Positions 12,274 to 24,866 of a stretch of DNA of 64,000 nucleotides are shown piece by piece; the first letter of the stretch is position 1, and the number at the start of each line of letters is the position of its first letter. This DNA is from Lophium mytilinum (lineage: Eukaryota). The stretch lies in assembly GCA_010093605.1 (NCBI GenBank), contig MU004192.1:628882-692881 (forward strand), in the 5' to 3' direction. The notes below the pieces were generated by a model. It saw only the letters and a program-made list of their open reading frames with translations. It had not been told where the DNA came from and searched no databases. The translations under genes and the position numbers were made by a program.

Positions 12274-15200
12274 TCATGGCGCGTCTGCGTCAACGACCTC
12301 CTCAATATCCTCAGCTCCCCGAGCTCGAGCCTCGTCAAGATCTTCGATTTCGCGACCTTTCGCATTGACAACGATCCTGCGGCCACGCTGATCGGCTGGC
12401 ACACCGTCTCGGGAAGCGCCGAAATCAAGCACCTAGAAGGTTTGTTAGCACTAGATCTTGCTTGTATCAAGTGACGACGCTTTTGCTTCTTACCTCTATG
12501 TATGTCATGTTGTTACGCTGCACCGCCGCAACGCACCGCCGCTCATTGAACTTGACTTGCCAAACGCCACTTAGATCGGTCAATAGATCCTTGACGCATT
12601 CTCCAGTCTTGACATTCCACATCTTAAGCGTGCGGTCAGATCCTGAAATAACTTTCTGTCCATCATGCTGGAAGCACGTAATAGCACCTGTGTGTGCACT
12701 CAGAGTACTCTTGCACTGCCCATTCTCCGGATCCCAGATGCGTAGGGTAGAGTCCGCAGCTGCAGAAACGAGACGCTCATGACTGAGGTCGAGTAACCCG
12801 ACGAGTGAGGTATGGCCCTCGAGATTGAATAGGCATTGACCAGTCTCAAGCGACCACACTTTAACCATGTTGTCCATAGATCCACTGATGCATCGTTTGC
12901 GAGCATGATCCAGAACAACGCTGTATACCTTCTGTGCGTGCCCTTGGAGGCGGTGAACCGTTTCACCAGTCGATATTTTCCAGACACGAACGGTGCAGTC
13001 GTAACTACCACTAATGAGAGTATCTCCATGTGCAGCAATGGCTCGCACAGAGTGGTGATGGCCAGTCAAGGCGCGGACAAAATACTGGTTGTCGGCATCG
13101 TTTGCCGGCGGACCAGTCTGGATGATGGAACGCTCACCGGGCTGAGGGAGCTTCCAAACCCGCAGGCTCGAATCCCGGGAACCCGTAATGATGAGCGGTT
13201 CTTTGGGCATCATGACCGGCAGGCCATCCACAATCTCTCCGGTCGGCGTTGGATTTAGAATGACGAGGCATCTAACTGTCGAAGTATGGCCTTGGAAAAC
13301 GTGTGTGCACTTGCCCTTCTCAATGTCCCACACTCGCACTGATCTATCAGTTGATCCGGAAACCAGTGTGTTACCCTCATATTGCAGAGCCCATACTCCG
13401 CCCTCGTGCCCTTCAAGATGGCTGCGGAGTGCTCCTGACTTTGTGTCATAGACGTTGATGTTAGTATCGTCGCTGCCAGTAAGAATCTTGTCCGTATCGA
13501 ATTGGAGGCACGTGACGACGTGTCGTTGGTGGGCGCGGAAAGCGATGTGCTTCGGCCGCGTTTCTTCCTCCATCCAACTCTTCCGAATGAGGTGATGTCT
13601 GGTGTACAATGATTTAAAAAGGTGCAAGCTTCGTAGGCTGGGAAGTCCGATATTAGGATTCGGGACTGCCGAGATTGCTATGTTAGCAACAGCGATTGGA
13701 CCGTGTGCATTCCCCAGAGACCGGCTCCAGCTTGGTGCTTGTGCCTTGCTCGTTGTCGGACCTTTCCTGCGTTGCTTCTTGGAGCTTCCAAGCTTCAACG
13801 AGGTGGCCTTCCTCTTAGGTCTGGTAGATATCGCTTTAGTACTCGCAGCGCCTTCGCTGTCGGCATAGCTGCCAACTGTGCTCGAGCCGGAAGACCCAGG
13901 CGAGTCTGCATCAGATTTGGCGGTGTATGCGCTGGCCCTTAAGTCCCGCTCGTAGCTCTCGGAAGAATGAGGATACTGCCAGCCCCAACCCTCTTTTACT
14001 GCTCGTTCCAGATCTCCATCCGGCAAGTCGTAGCCGTCCTTTGCTAAGAGGTCCTTCCAGGCGGTTTCGTCTGTGTCAACTATATGCCTCCATTTTCTCG
14101 AGACTTGCGCGGCGTTGCACATGCTCTTGACATCCAGATATTTTAAAACGTTCAAGCCGAGCTCAAGTGGTAGCAGCCCGAGGAAATCGCATTTTAATGC
14201 AGGGTTCACAACGTCAGCAACAAAATGGAGAGTAGGCTTTGTGCACCGACGGAGCAAGTGAAACATGACGTAGGTTTTCATCTGCTCCGGCATCGAGTCA
14301 AAGGAGTCCAGCATCGCCGGTATACCCATGACGGTAGGGGTAGGAAGCTGGGGGTTCGGACTTGCACCATCGAGCCGGTCGGGTAGATCGATGCGCTGCA
14401 TCCGTGACGCAGAGCGGGTTTGTAGTTTCGTTAATCCGTTTGCTTGATCGGACCTGTCCTCCGAAAGATCCAGAATTGAAACCTCATATGGATCCTCTTC
14501 CTGGCCGTCTCCACCTCTCAGCGAGTTGTGATTTGCGTTATGAGCAAGGTTTGCAGCAGCAGTGATTGGTGAGAGGCTCGGGCTCGGGAGGCTTGCATCC
14601 TGTGTTAAAACAGTGTCAAGGGGAGCGGGACGAGCTGGTCTTGCGAACGGTGCATCGCTGGAAGAAAAAGAAGCAGCCGGTTCCATGTCAGTCTCTGCAA
14701 TGGGCGGGGTTGCGGAGATACCAGGGCCGTCCAGCACAGCAGCGTGAAAACGAGACTCATGTGCGGGAGTCGCTCCTTCGCCCGAGTTGGCAGTTGAAAG
14801 GTTCCTCGTCTGGTTTGCAAGCGATTGGCGTGCCTCTGCTTCCCGTAACCCCCAGGCATCCGGCAATAGCTGGCTTTCACCAAGAGTCTGTTTCCCTGAG
14901 CCAGAACTCTCGCCTTGGTTGGAGGACCGCAAATTGGACCTCCTCGAGCCACCTTTTATTTTAGGAATCTTGAAGCGTCCAGATGTCCCTGTATCTGTGT
15001 CTGGAGTAGCAGGAACCGTTCCTTCAGCATCCTGAGAACCGAGTATTGTGGCACGAGCCTTCTTGCTCTTCCGTTGTAAGCTTGCCAGCTCAGCTGCTTC
15101 GGCGATGGACGGTGGGGAGGAGGAGCGCTTCCTGCGACCCGAGAGCGGCCTTGTTAGAGGGTCCGTTAGTGTAACACCAGTCATACCCGAGCTTTGTGTA

Positions 15201-15807
15201 GTACGGTTTGGCGTTTCGTACTGAGCGTTATAGTGCTGGATCGATTCCACTCTTCCATTGGCAGCGGTGAGGGCGTCATGTCGAGCGTTATACTGATGGG
15301 AGTTATACATTAGCAATAGTCTATACCAGTCGGTCGAGCTCGGCAAAGTGGTGTGATGACAGGCAGGCTGTGGCCGATTAATCGTACCTCTTTGAGAGAC
15401 TGTTGAACGTCGTCTGCTTCGCTGAAATAAGCTTGTGTCCCTCCGGCATCGAAGGCAAACCGCCTGACAGACTCCGGGGCGGGAGAGCACGCCAGAGGGT
15501 ATATCTTGGGATCCCGCTCCACCAAACTCCGAGGTGCTCGCAACAAGATCGGCGGGAAGTCGATCTTTGTCGTCGTCGTAGTGGTTACGACGGTCGTGTG
15601 CGTTGTCGGGACATAGGACAGCTGGCCAAGGGTAGCATAGGATGCCTCCATCCCGGGGTCGAGTCCGTGGGCAGCCTCCCTTGCCGGCATGGTGTTTTTA
15701 GGTGCGGCAAAAGGCGATAGCGTCCCGGACCTCTCCGCTGTCGAAGCAAATGAAGCAAAGCCGTTTGTGTCTGCACTCGCTTCGGTATCGGTAGGGGAGG
15801 TGTCCAT
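12274..15807 (-). CDS. CDC4: F-box/WD40 SCF substrate adaptor Cdc4
   Basis: F-box DFLGLLPLELGLNVLKYLD, about 8 WD40 repeats (HVVTCLQFD, GHEGGVWAL, GHTSTVRCL..). Intron 15293-15387 joins ORF 15310-15855 to ORF 12467-15490; the last intron near 12433-12493 gives VLDFGASRDG..AP*. Confidence 0.93.
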
Positions 15808-17236
15808 AGAAGGGAGGAGGGAGGATCCAGGGAGCCCCGAACGCGAGGACAACACGGCGGGAATCGCGTGTGAGATCTAGCTTTTCGAGGATCAGGCCGT
15901 CATGGGTGTCCTTTCCAAACGGTGCTATCTGAATCGATCCAGGGCCGGAGCACTTTGGGGTGAGGGTAGTGGCGTCGTGACGGGTGCAAGAGGTCAGGTC
16001 TGCTTATGGCGGCACGATTAGGAGAGGTGAGAGCTTAGACGCAAAACGGAATACGTGATGAAATGAGACCGGTGGAGGAGACAAAACTCAACCGAAAAAC
16101 ACGCCTGGCCGGAGAGGAAAGTGAGAGAGGAAGAGTGGGGAGTGGTGGTGTTGGTGGTGCGAAGGGGAGGGGTTCGCAGGTCGAAGCCCGCGGTGTTGGA
16201 GAGCTCGGCAAAGGTGCAGGTTGCCTCCTGCCTTCGAATTTCTCTCCCAACCTCAGCCACGTCCTGCCAACCCGCGCATTCGAGCAAACTCGGGGGAATA
16301 TGTGGCATATATGGAATGCTGCTGGCTGGTAGGTCGCCAGGAGGTGCGCTCTCTGCGCGTCGGTCTATTTGCTTTGCATTCATATATCATGTTTCAGACA
16401 GAGCCGCTTGGCCGCCAGTATGAGGTCGTCTAAATCACTCACAGGCCTCACAACCTGCGGGCAACGTTGCACCATGTAGAAATGTGTTGGGAAAGAAAGG
16501 GACGCAAGGGCCCACGCACTTTCTGAATGCAACACCGACTGCGCCAACGCTGGCAGTGGATACAGCGTCGTGAGGGCATCATGAAGCAAATGGCAGGTGG
16601 CGAAGGATTCATGCTTGGCTTGGCCACTCACTTCAAGACAGGATAGCGTTGTGCAGACTTTTACCGCATTGTCACCACTTACATGACCTAAGTATCACAA
16701 CACTGCGGGTTAATCAAAGCCGACTGCAGTAATCTGGATGGAACACACCTCTTCGTCCCGTTTGGTATATGTTGCGGTGACGCCCTCCGTCGATCATGAT
16801 ACAACTCTCTTGCCGGGACAATAGAGCAGACTATTAGGCTATGAGGCGATTCCCTCCAAGCTCTCATGAGATCAGATCATCCACTGGGGAATAGGCCGTT
16901 GATATTATGATAGATAGGTACGTATAGCTCTGACCAGCTTCTCTCTTCCCACTTCCTTGATGAGCTAGCGCCGTGAATATTCCTCATTTGTACCGTTAAT
17001 GCTCGTCTGGGAGAATAACAGCGAGTCCCAAATGGCCTCCTATCACGTCTCGATTTCCTCGGGTAGCCCTAAAGCAATTGTTTGAATATAGTGTCGCAAT
17101 CGCTCAAGAGAGATTAATCTAATCCACTTACAGTTACCTCAACCTGCAGTGTCCAGCGACCCGATTAGCCCGCATAAACCATTAGCACGAACGATCCTAA
17201 GAGCGATCCTAGGAGCGATCCGTTGAGACCATCAGT

Positions 17237-18336
17237 CTACAAACGCTTCTTAGCTTCTCTTTCACACTCCTCTGCCATCATCTCTGGTACATCATCTCCA
17301 CAAAGCTCGGATGGCGTCACGGCCAGTCCGTGCTTCTTCTCTGAGTATGACGCCGGCAATTCTTGCATAGCGCGGGATCCGTCCAACTCTTGCGTGGGCG
17401 ATCCGTTTATCTCTTGCGTAGAGGAACCCTCTTTCTCCTGCGGTAGGACCTCCACATCTCCACGGGCTTGCTGGACTGCTCGCCTTCGTCTCTGAAGGAC
17501 CAACAATGCCACGACTATGATTGCAGCCAGACCAATAGCCCCGACAGATGCACCAATGGCTGCAGATGCTCCGGTAGATAGGCCACGTGAGCCGGAAGCT
17601 GCGGATCCCAGGGTTGCAGTTGTATTTGGAGCTGAGGTGGCCGCTGTGGTCGCAATTATGCTCGATCTCATTGCCATGGCCGAAGTGTGAGATACAGATG
17701 GAGTGGCCAGGGTAGTATCTGGCGACGAAGTGATCGTCACACCAGGAGCCTTCAATTCGTTTAACAAATTCGATGTCAGTAGTCCGCAACAACGACGACA
17801 CCTCGAACTAGAAAACTCACATCTATCGTTGAGAACGCAGCATCATTGATCTCGCCCAGAGGCTTGAAAACAAATGCTTGGTTGTTCCGCGCCTTACTAT
17901 CCGAGCTCATCACGGCATGCCCGTCCCCCTCCGACTCTAGATGCCAGTCCGTCCCATTTGCCGCGTTCGTCATGTAAAATGATCCGTCGCCCCACGGTAC
18001 GAAATGCCAGTACATCGCCGCGTCGCTAATAGCATAATAAGCCATGCGTGGCCAGGTGCTGCCCTTGGTCTTCTCGTCTACGGCGAGCTGGGTGCCCAAA
18101 TATCCTTTCTGTGGACCGGAGGCCTTCGTGCGCAGGACGTAGGTGGTGGAAGAATTGACTGGGTAGATTTGCCACTGTTGGCTAGTATCCGATGAGTTTG
18201 TCGCTCCGAAGTATGCAGCTCCCAACCCTGGGTCCCCGCCGGCCGTAGACAGATTCATCCCACACATGGAGAACAAAGGCTTATCACTCAGCCCTATGCT
18301 CAACTGGTACCATTTGTTCGAGTCGATGTTTGCCAT
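17237..18336 (-). CDS. Ricin B/beta-trefoil lectin-like domain plus Ser/Thr stalk plus single TM helix
   Basis: QQWQIYP, YWHFVPWGDGSFYMTNAANGTDWHL and NQAFVF (QxW-like repeats). Intron 17750-17820; TM AAIGASVGAIGLAAIIVVALLVL followed by RRRR; ELxG/ELPA repeats in the tail. Confidence 0.75.
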
Positions 18337-21300
18337 GATAGTTGGACGCGGGAGAAACAGTCAATGAGAAAACAAACTGTGCGGGAAAGAGAAGAGACTG
18401 AGTTTATACAGAAAAGATGGTGGGGTCTAGGACTACGACTTAGGGGCCATGATACCAAATGTATGGGAACAAGGAGACACAGCGCGTAGCCACATCTCAT
18501 CGTTACCTTTTTTCCATAGAAGCCGTGTTATGGAGGCCTTCTCAGCCTGCAATGGGGCCTGTGGTAAATGTTTTCAGCTAACCACATTTTCCTCGTTAGT
18601 TCCAGCGCCCTCTTTCCGCATTTGTGCGAGACCTTTCAGGGGCAGAGCTTTTGTCGTTGTACCGCGTTCTTGGTGTAAGCCCCGGTTCGGCTTACGAATG
18701 ATTTGTCGGAATATAAGTTACTTGGGGAGTACAAGGTCTTTGGTGCCAGCTGGGTACAGTACCAACCCAGCCTCATCTTTCTCCAAAATTCTGTCCTTCC
18801 TTTGCCCTTCTTGATCGTATATAGAAATCTCATCTCGTACATTGTCTACTCTTGCTAAGTGGCAGCGGTTTCGATGCTTGTTTTCGCAGACATTAGACAA
18901 GGGCCTCTTACACTTCCGATTGAAATATTAAGGTATCACAAGCTGCTGTGGCTATCCGCCCCCATACTGCCCCCTCCTACGTTGCTCAGGACCGCAGTAT
19001 TACAGTCGCTCCACAGCCCCCACCAGCCTGTCAACGGTTCCCTTCTGGCACCCACCACCACCGCCTCCCTGAGTCTTCAGAGAAAAAAGAAAGAATAAGG
19101 GGCTTCATGGCTCGCTCGAGGTATTCTTCGGTGGGCTTGTTGAATTTCGACATCTTGACGGTTGAAATGTTGGGGGATACTATGATGTAATGGAAGAATG
19201 TTCATGTATGAGAGACCGAAAGTCGTTTTGTGAAGTGTATAAAAAACGGCCTGAAAATCAATTAGGATCGTCCATTCTTGATGTAGTGATCATAAACAAT
19301 GCTGCGAGAATTCGGTGGATGCAGATCTCGTGACGTAAACTCACCTACTTTACATCACTAGGTCGAATGCGATATTCTGATCCACGGTCTCATTCTCTAA
19401 CGTCTACGAGGAAGAAAAAGATTCTTATTTAGGACCCTACATCGGCAGTTTCCTTTCCTTACTCTGATAAGGTTAAGAGCTTCTTTCTCGACTAGATGTG
19501 GCGCTCATCGACACGAACTCGGAGATAGAGGCAGACCTGCGAGAGCTGCTGCGGAATGTTAATGTGTGGTTAGTCTCATCATCTCGTGGGCAAAGTATAT
19601 TGCTGCCGTGTGGACATAGAGCGGGTTTGTGATGGATGGCATGAAGGAAACGACCACAGTCATTTACTTCGAGCACCACTTTCATCATCATACAGAGTGT
19701 CGGCCAGAATAATAAAAGGCGATTTATGGAAGTAACGAACAATATGATGGAGATTAAATGCAGGATAAATCTAGCAGAGACGACCTAGAGTTACCAGATA
19801 GATACGAGAAAGTGGGCACACAACGAACTTATTCTAATATACTCATCAGTGACAGAACTATGCAGTAGCACGATATTACATATGCTGTGTCAGGTCAAGA
19901 ATCGCACATGATGAACTTTCTCGACGTTGAAAGTTCTTCTGCAAATCTCCGAGATGAATTAGGCTTAGTATGGATAGCGACAGGGGCACTCGGGGATATT
20001 TCGAGCCGACGTTGCCTCGTCACCATCTATGCACATCACTAACGGCTTCCTAGAGCTGATATTGATATAGTTTCCTACAAATTAGGAACACTCTCCCTTG
20101 ATATAATTACTAAGTTACTGTGCATCGGTGCTGTCCCGACATGTGGCGGGGTGGGATCTTGTGATGCTGCTGACTAGAGACGAGACAGACGAGTGAACGC
20201 GTCGAAATCATATTGGTAAGGACTTGAGATAGACTCGCAATGCAGTTATTGACTTACGTTGAATAGAATGTCTCCCTTATACACCTCCCGACAGCCTTGA
20301 CTGTCTTTGCCTCCACACATCAGCCACTACCAATCCCTCCACGATTCATCGCATCGACCGCCTAGCATGCCAAAGTAGTGCCTGAATATTGGCAGAAACG
20401 TTTCAGACGTGCTGGATACCTGGGGAAGCTTGCATCCGAGAGTGAGGAAAGGATTTACTGCCGGCTAAGAAAGTCGTGCGGGTTTTCCATGAATGCGTGG
20501 TGCCGGGAACGGTTCTCATAGCTCGTTCTTCTATTCTATCGGTCGAACCAAACGGCCTGATGGAGATATCCCATCTGAACTGGAACCAGCATAAAAATCA
20601 GCCCACGTTTAGATGATCAAAACAGCGCAGAAATCTACAGGCATTCATCCTCCAATTGCCATATTCAATATATATTGTCCCAGGATTAGACCAACCCTAG
20701 ATTTCGTGCCCTATTCATTTGCCATTAGAAGTCATGGTTTAGTCGCTGAACCTCTGGTGTTATGATTTGAGATTCGGCGGGCCATCATACTTTCCACATT
20801 TGATGTCACTCATAGCTGCGAAAAGTTGGAATTAGACATGTAGGACACCTAGCTCGGTTTAGCTTGTCTTCTCTTCGCGCGCGTCTCTGCTTGGCTCGTA
20901 TGAGCACTGTTAGAGAGTCATCGTTGAAAGGCCAGTTAGTACACTAGAAGCTTTGCTTCGAACATCTAGAAAGGGCTTGTGAATCAATTTCCTCTATAAG
21001 AGGAATTTAATTCCCTGTGTAGGTATGTCAGGAAACCGCTCTCCGCGTTAAAACCCGTATCCACCTTACTAAAAACCTAAAAACGAGACGTGATAGTAGC
21101 CTTTCATTCCTAGACTCGCCCAAGATCTAAAGTGCTTGCTACTCAGAAAACACGTTACCTAGAGGCCCAAGGTAGTGTATCAATACGGATGGAGGCAAGA
21201 TGGTGTAGCCAACATTCATCCAACTAGAGGGCTGAAGGTCCACAGTTATAGAGATAGGTCTGGTTAGCTCAGCAACGTTTCGGGATTTTACACTATGGTG

Positions 21301-21724
21301 AGATGAGTCCACTGGAATCAAAGCTTTCTCTTAGTCACGTGCCATCATCTCAACAAATCCCATTTTGAATATATCTCTCTCAAGTATTCGAGCAACCCTC
21401 GTACTGACTAGCACCTTGCCCTATCGGTGACCTTGCCATCTCGTCTTGGGTCATTCTTTGGCCTCCTCTCCGGGAGGGGTGGTGTTCCACATTTTTCGAG
21501 AACTCTTGAGGCTGGGGTGATTTTGGTGCTCTACGTGTGTGCTATGCGTGGAAGGATTCAATATCTGGACTGTGAGGTGGTTTGTAGATGTCATCCATTT
21601 GACGCGGCAAATCCCGTTCTCGTCTCGTTTCTTTCGGGACCCTCGAGCTTAATTCGACCACACTCCATGCCTCTTCACCACTACCTAGACCCCTTTTCAC
21701 CGTATTTCCTCCGTCCTGTGCCCC

Positions 21725-24700
21725 ATGGCTCGTACACAGGGTACTAAGGTTCGCTCGCGTGGTAAAGCCGCCGTCACGGCCGCTCCACAAGTTCTAGGAA
21801 CAAAGACAATCGAGCGCACCGACCAAACTACCCTGACCACGTCAACGCAACTCATTGAGCAACAACAAAGTACAGAGGTCATACAAACCCTGATTCATGG
21901 CTCTGTAAGCCTCACATGTCCTTCGCGTCGCCAGCTTGGCTAATGACTTTCTAGATCAGCTGCCTCTCCTACCTAAGGTAATGAATTCACTGCTGTTACT
22001 TTAATTTTCGTCTCACATCGATCCAGAGGCCTGTTCACCGAAGGTTGCTTCGATGAGCAATGGTACGCCAATGGCAATAGTCATTGGCCCTACGAGGACT
22101 ATGCTACAGGCAACTACCTTCCAGAGCATTCCTCGAGCCAGGCCAGCGCTAAAGACAAGGGCAAATCCGAGCCCAAACACAAGGGGACATGCATGAGAGT
22201 GCTGAGGCGAGGACGAAACACAGCTGTTGACACACTTCTCGACTGGCTTGTAAGTATCTCCGCGACAATATACTCTTCCGGAACGGCCTCTTTGGCAAAG
22301 GTTGGCAGCGGCAATATCTGACTTGGGAATAGGAGAACGGCGCATTCGATGCCTTAAAGCGTGGCCATCTCCGTGCTATCCAGCTCAACATATTCGAAGA
22401 TGCAGACAACCCCTCCAATGTCGTTGAGACCTACACGTTCACGTTCAACTACGTACGGTCGCCGGACCGTTCAGTCGCAGTGGTAGGGATTGAGATGACC
22501 GGCCCGAACTCTGAGTCCGTGACTATAAAGAACGCGAAATACGCCATGCAGATGTTCATTCGGAGGTTGATGACCCTCTGTAGTACCCTACCCGACCTTC
22601 CCTCGAGACGATATCTCAACATGCATCTGTTCTATACTGACGACTGCGATCCGGATTATGAGCCTCCAGGCTTCAAGGAGTCTGATAGTAATACAGTTTT
22701 CTTTCCGGACAGTGAATGGAAGCGGGAGAGTGTGTCCTGCGGTACAATGGATGGTGGCTTTCACGCGGTCACACTTAAAGTATCCTATCTACGAAACGTG
22801 GCGCAGGAAACAGGCCAGTTTGCTGGGGTGGACCGTGGCATTCCGGCTAACTTGACATACACCAAGTCGGTATCTAGAGATGTCGATATTGAGGTACTGG
22901 AAGACGCTGCGCCAGTCGAGCAGGCGGAACAGACGGAGAACGCGGAACAGACAAGTGTCGAAAGGGTTGCGGTTCTCAAAGTAAGCCAAGATATGAGGGC
23001 TTTGACAATGACCACTTCAGCTTCCCAGTCAAACCAGAAAGCCAGCCATCGCGTTGATCGGTACTCAACAACTCGCGGGTCTCATCCGCACCCGCAGGCT
23101 GACATGCTAGCTCGCATCCCTGACGTTGGACCAACTGAGCACAGCAACACAGAGGACAGTCTGAACGACTACGAGATGGATCTTGATGAGGCTGATACAC
23201 CAGCAATGCCTGGTGATTCTGCTCTTATCAGCAATCATTCTAAAGAAGCGCCAGATGCCCGACACGCAGCTCAAATCATTGACATGTCAGCGTCTTCCTC
23301 TCCACAAGCTCAGAATATCCAGCCCCCAAACGATGCCCAGATCAAGAAGAAACTGGAGCGAATGGTACGTTTGGCCCTCCCCTGCCTCCTCGTCCTCAGA
23401 GTGAGCTTCTGCTGACTGACTACGATGGAACAGCTTGAGCCATCTCCTCAAGACGATAACTTGGTGGAGACGCAGCAGACGAGCCAAGCCTTGAGAGGTA
23501 TGGATCGTCATCTGAAGATGGTTGAGAACATGCCGCCTGCCCAGCTGTCTGGGAGGAAGATCAAGGAGCTAGATGGTAGGAGGAACTCACTTCTTCCCCC
23601 GCGAGAGAATGCGTCCAGCAAGCGAAGGCGTTCTGCTTCTGTCGACCTCACCGGGGAGAAGGACATCACTATCTGCCAATGTGGATGGGACCAAGATGAA
23701 GATGACATGGTAAGTTCTTCTAAGAATCCCTAAATATGCTCCTCGCTAACTACTATAGATCAATTGTAGTTTTTGTGATACTTGGCAGCATCTGCATTGC
23801 TATGGATACTGTGGGTCAGATGATCCTAGAATACCGGTGGTACATGCTTGCTACAATTGCCTTCTTCAAGACAAGGAAGCGCCTCGACTACCAGAGATGA
23901 GAGATCTAGCTTTACAACGACGAGGAATGCACATCATCGAGAAGCAAGGATATACCAACGATCGAGATTTCTCAGCGGCGCTCCGTACGTCCCTCCAATT
24001 CAATTTAATGTTGCCTTCAGCGCTTACTGACTTTGTAGGCTCTGATCTACAAACTGCCAATCGACTTTTCAATCATCTTCGCAAGCAAGGCTATGTTGTG
24101 CCTGTGCCAGGTCCGAAAAAGAAGGGACCAAAGCCAAGATACGCAGCTGCAACAGCTGAGCCGATATTCGCACAAATGATGCGCGAGTACTTCGATCCTA
24201 TGACGAAAGTTTCACATCATGTAAGTGGACTGTTTACAATACCCTTAAGTTCATCGGCTGACTGGAAACTAGTTTGTCGAATTGCCTCAGCCCAAGGCGC
24301 TGCCGATGGACAACGATGTGTCGCAATTCACGAATACTCAATTCCCGCTGCCCAAGCCCGGAACGAATACTCAGCATATCCAGTTTGCGTTCCCTGATAG
24401 CCAAGTCGTCTTCGATCCGATGGAAACCGACGACGTCGACGAGACGCAGGATGATGCCGCGATGGGACAGCTTACTCCGAAGCCATCATCCTCCTTCCAG
24501 CACCGGTCGGATCGCATCGCGTCGTTGGCCGCGCGGCAAACCCGAGCTGCCGCGCAACCTGCCCTACAGCTTCCAGTCACCCAGGTAGACGATTCCCAAG
24601 GGAGTCAGAGCTCCAGATACCCCCTCCGTCACCGCACCGTCAATGAAAGCTCGCCTCCTAAGACAAACGCGGGTCGAGTCAGGAGCGTGGTGGCGGCACC

Positions 24701-24866
24701 TAAGACGCCTGGGAATAAGAGGGGACGGGAAGATGACCAAGAGAACTTCCACGGCGAGACCCCCGCTGAGAGAGCGAAAAGGCTGAAGAGCTCGATGAGC
24801 CAGAGCTTGATTGATATTGGTGAGATGATGACGCCCTCACCTGCACCGACGCCGTATCGTGAATAA
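21725..24866 (+). CDS. HOP1: Meiotic HORMA-domain protein with PHD finger (Hop1)
   Basis: Spliced exons give ISCLSYLRGLFTEGCF, LLDWLENGAFDALKRGHL, VVETYTFTFNY, LPDLPSRRYLNMHLFYTDDCDPDYEPPGF (HORMA) and CQCG..MINCSFCDTWQHLHCYG..HACYNC (PHD). Seven GT-AG introns, including a 23-nt exon at 21955-21977. Confidence 0.9.

Noticed and set aside
17192..17222. 12-bp tandem CGATCCTA(A/G)GAG, about 2.5 copies
   Set aside because: Trivial 3' UTR microduplication.
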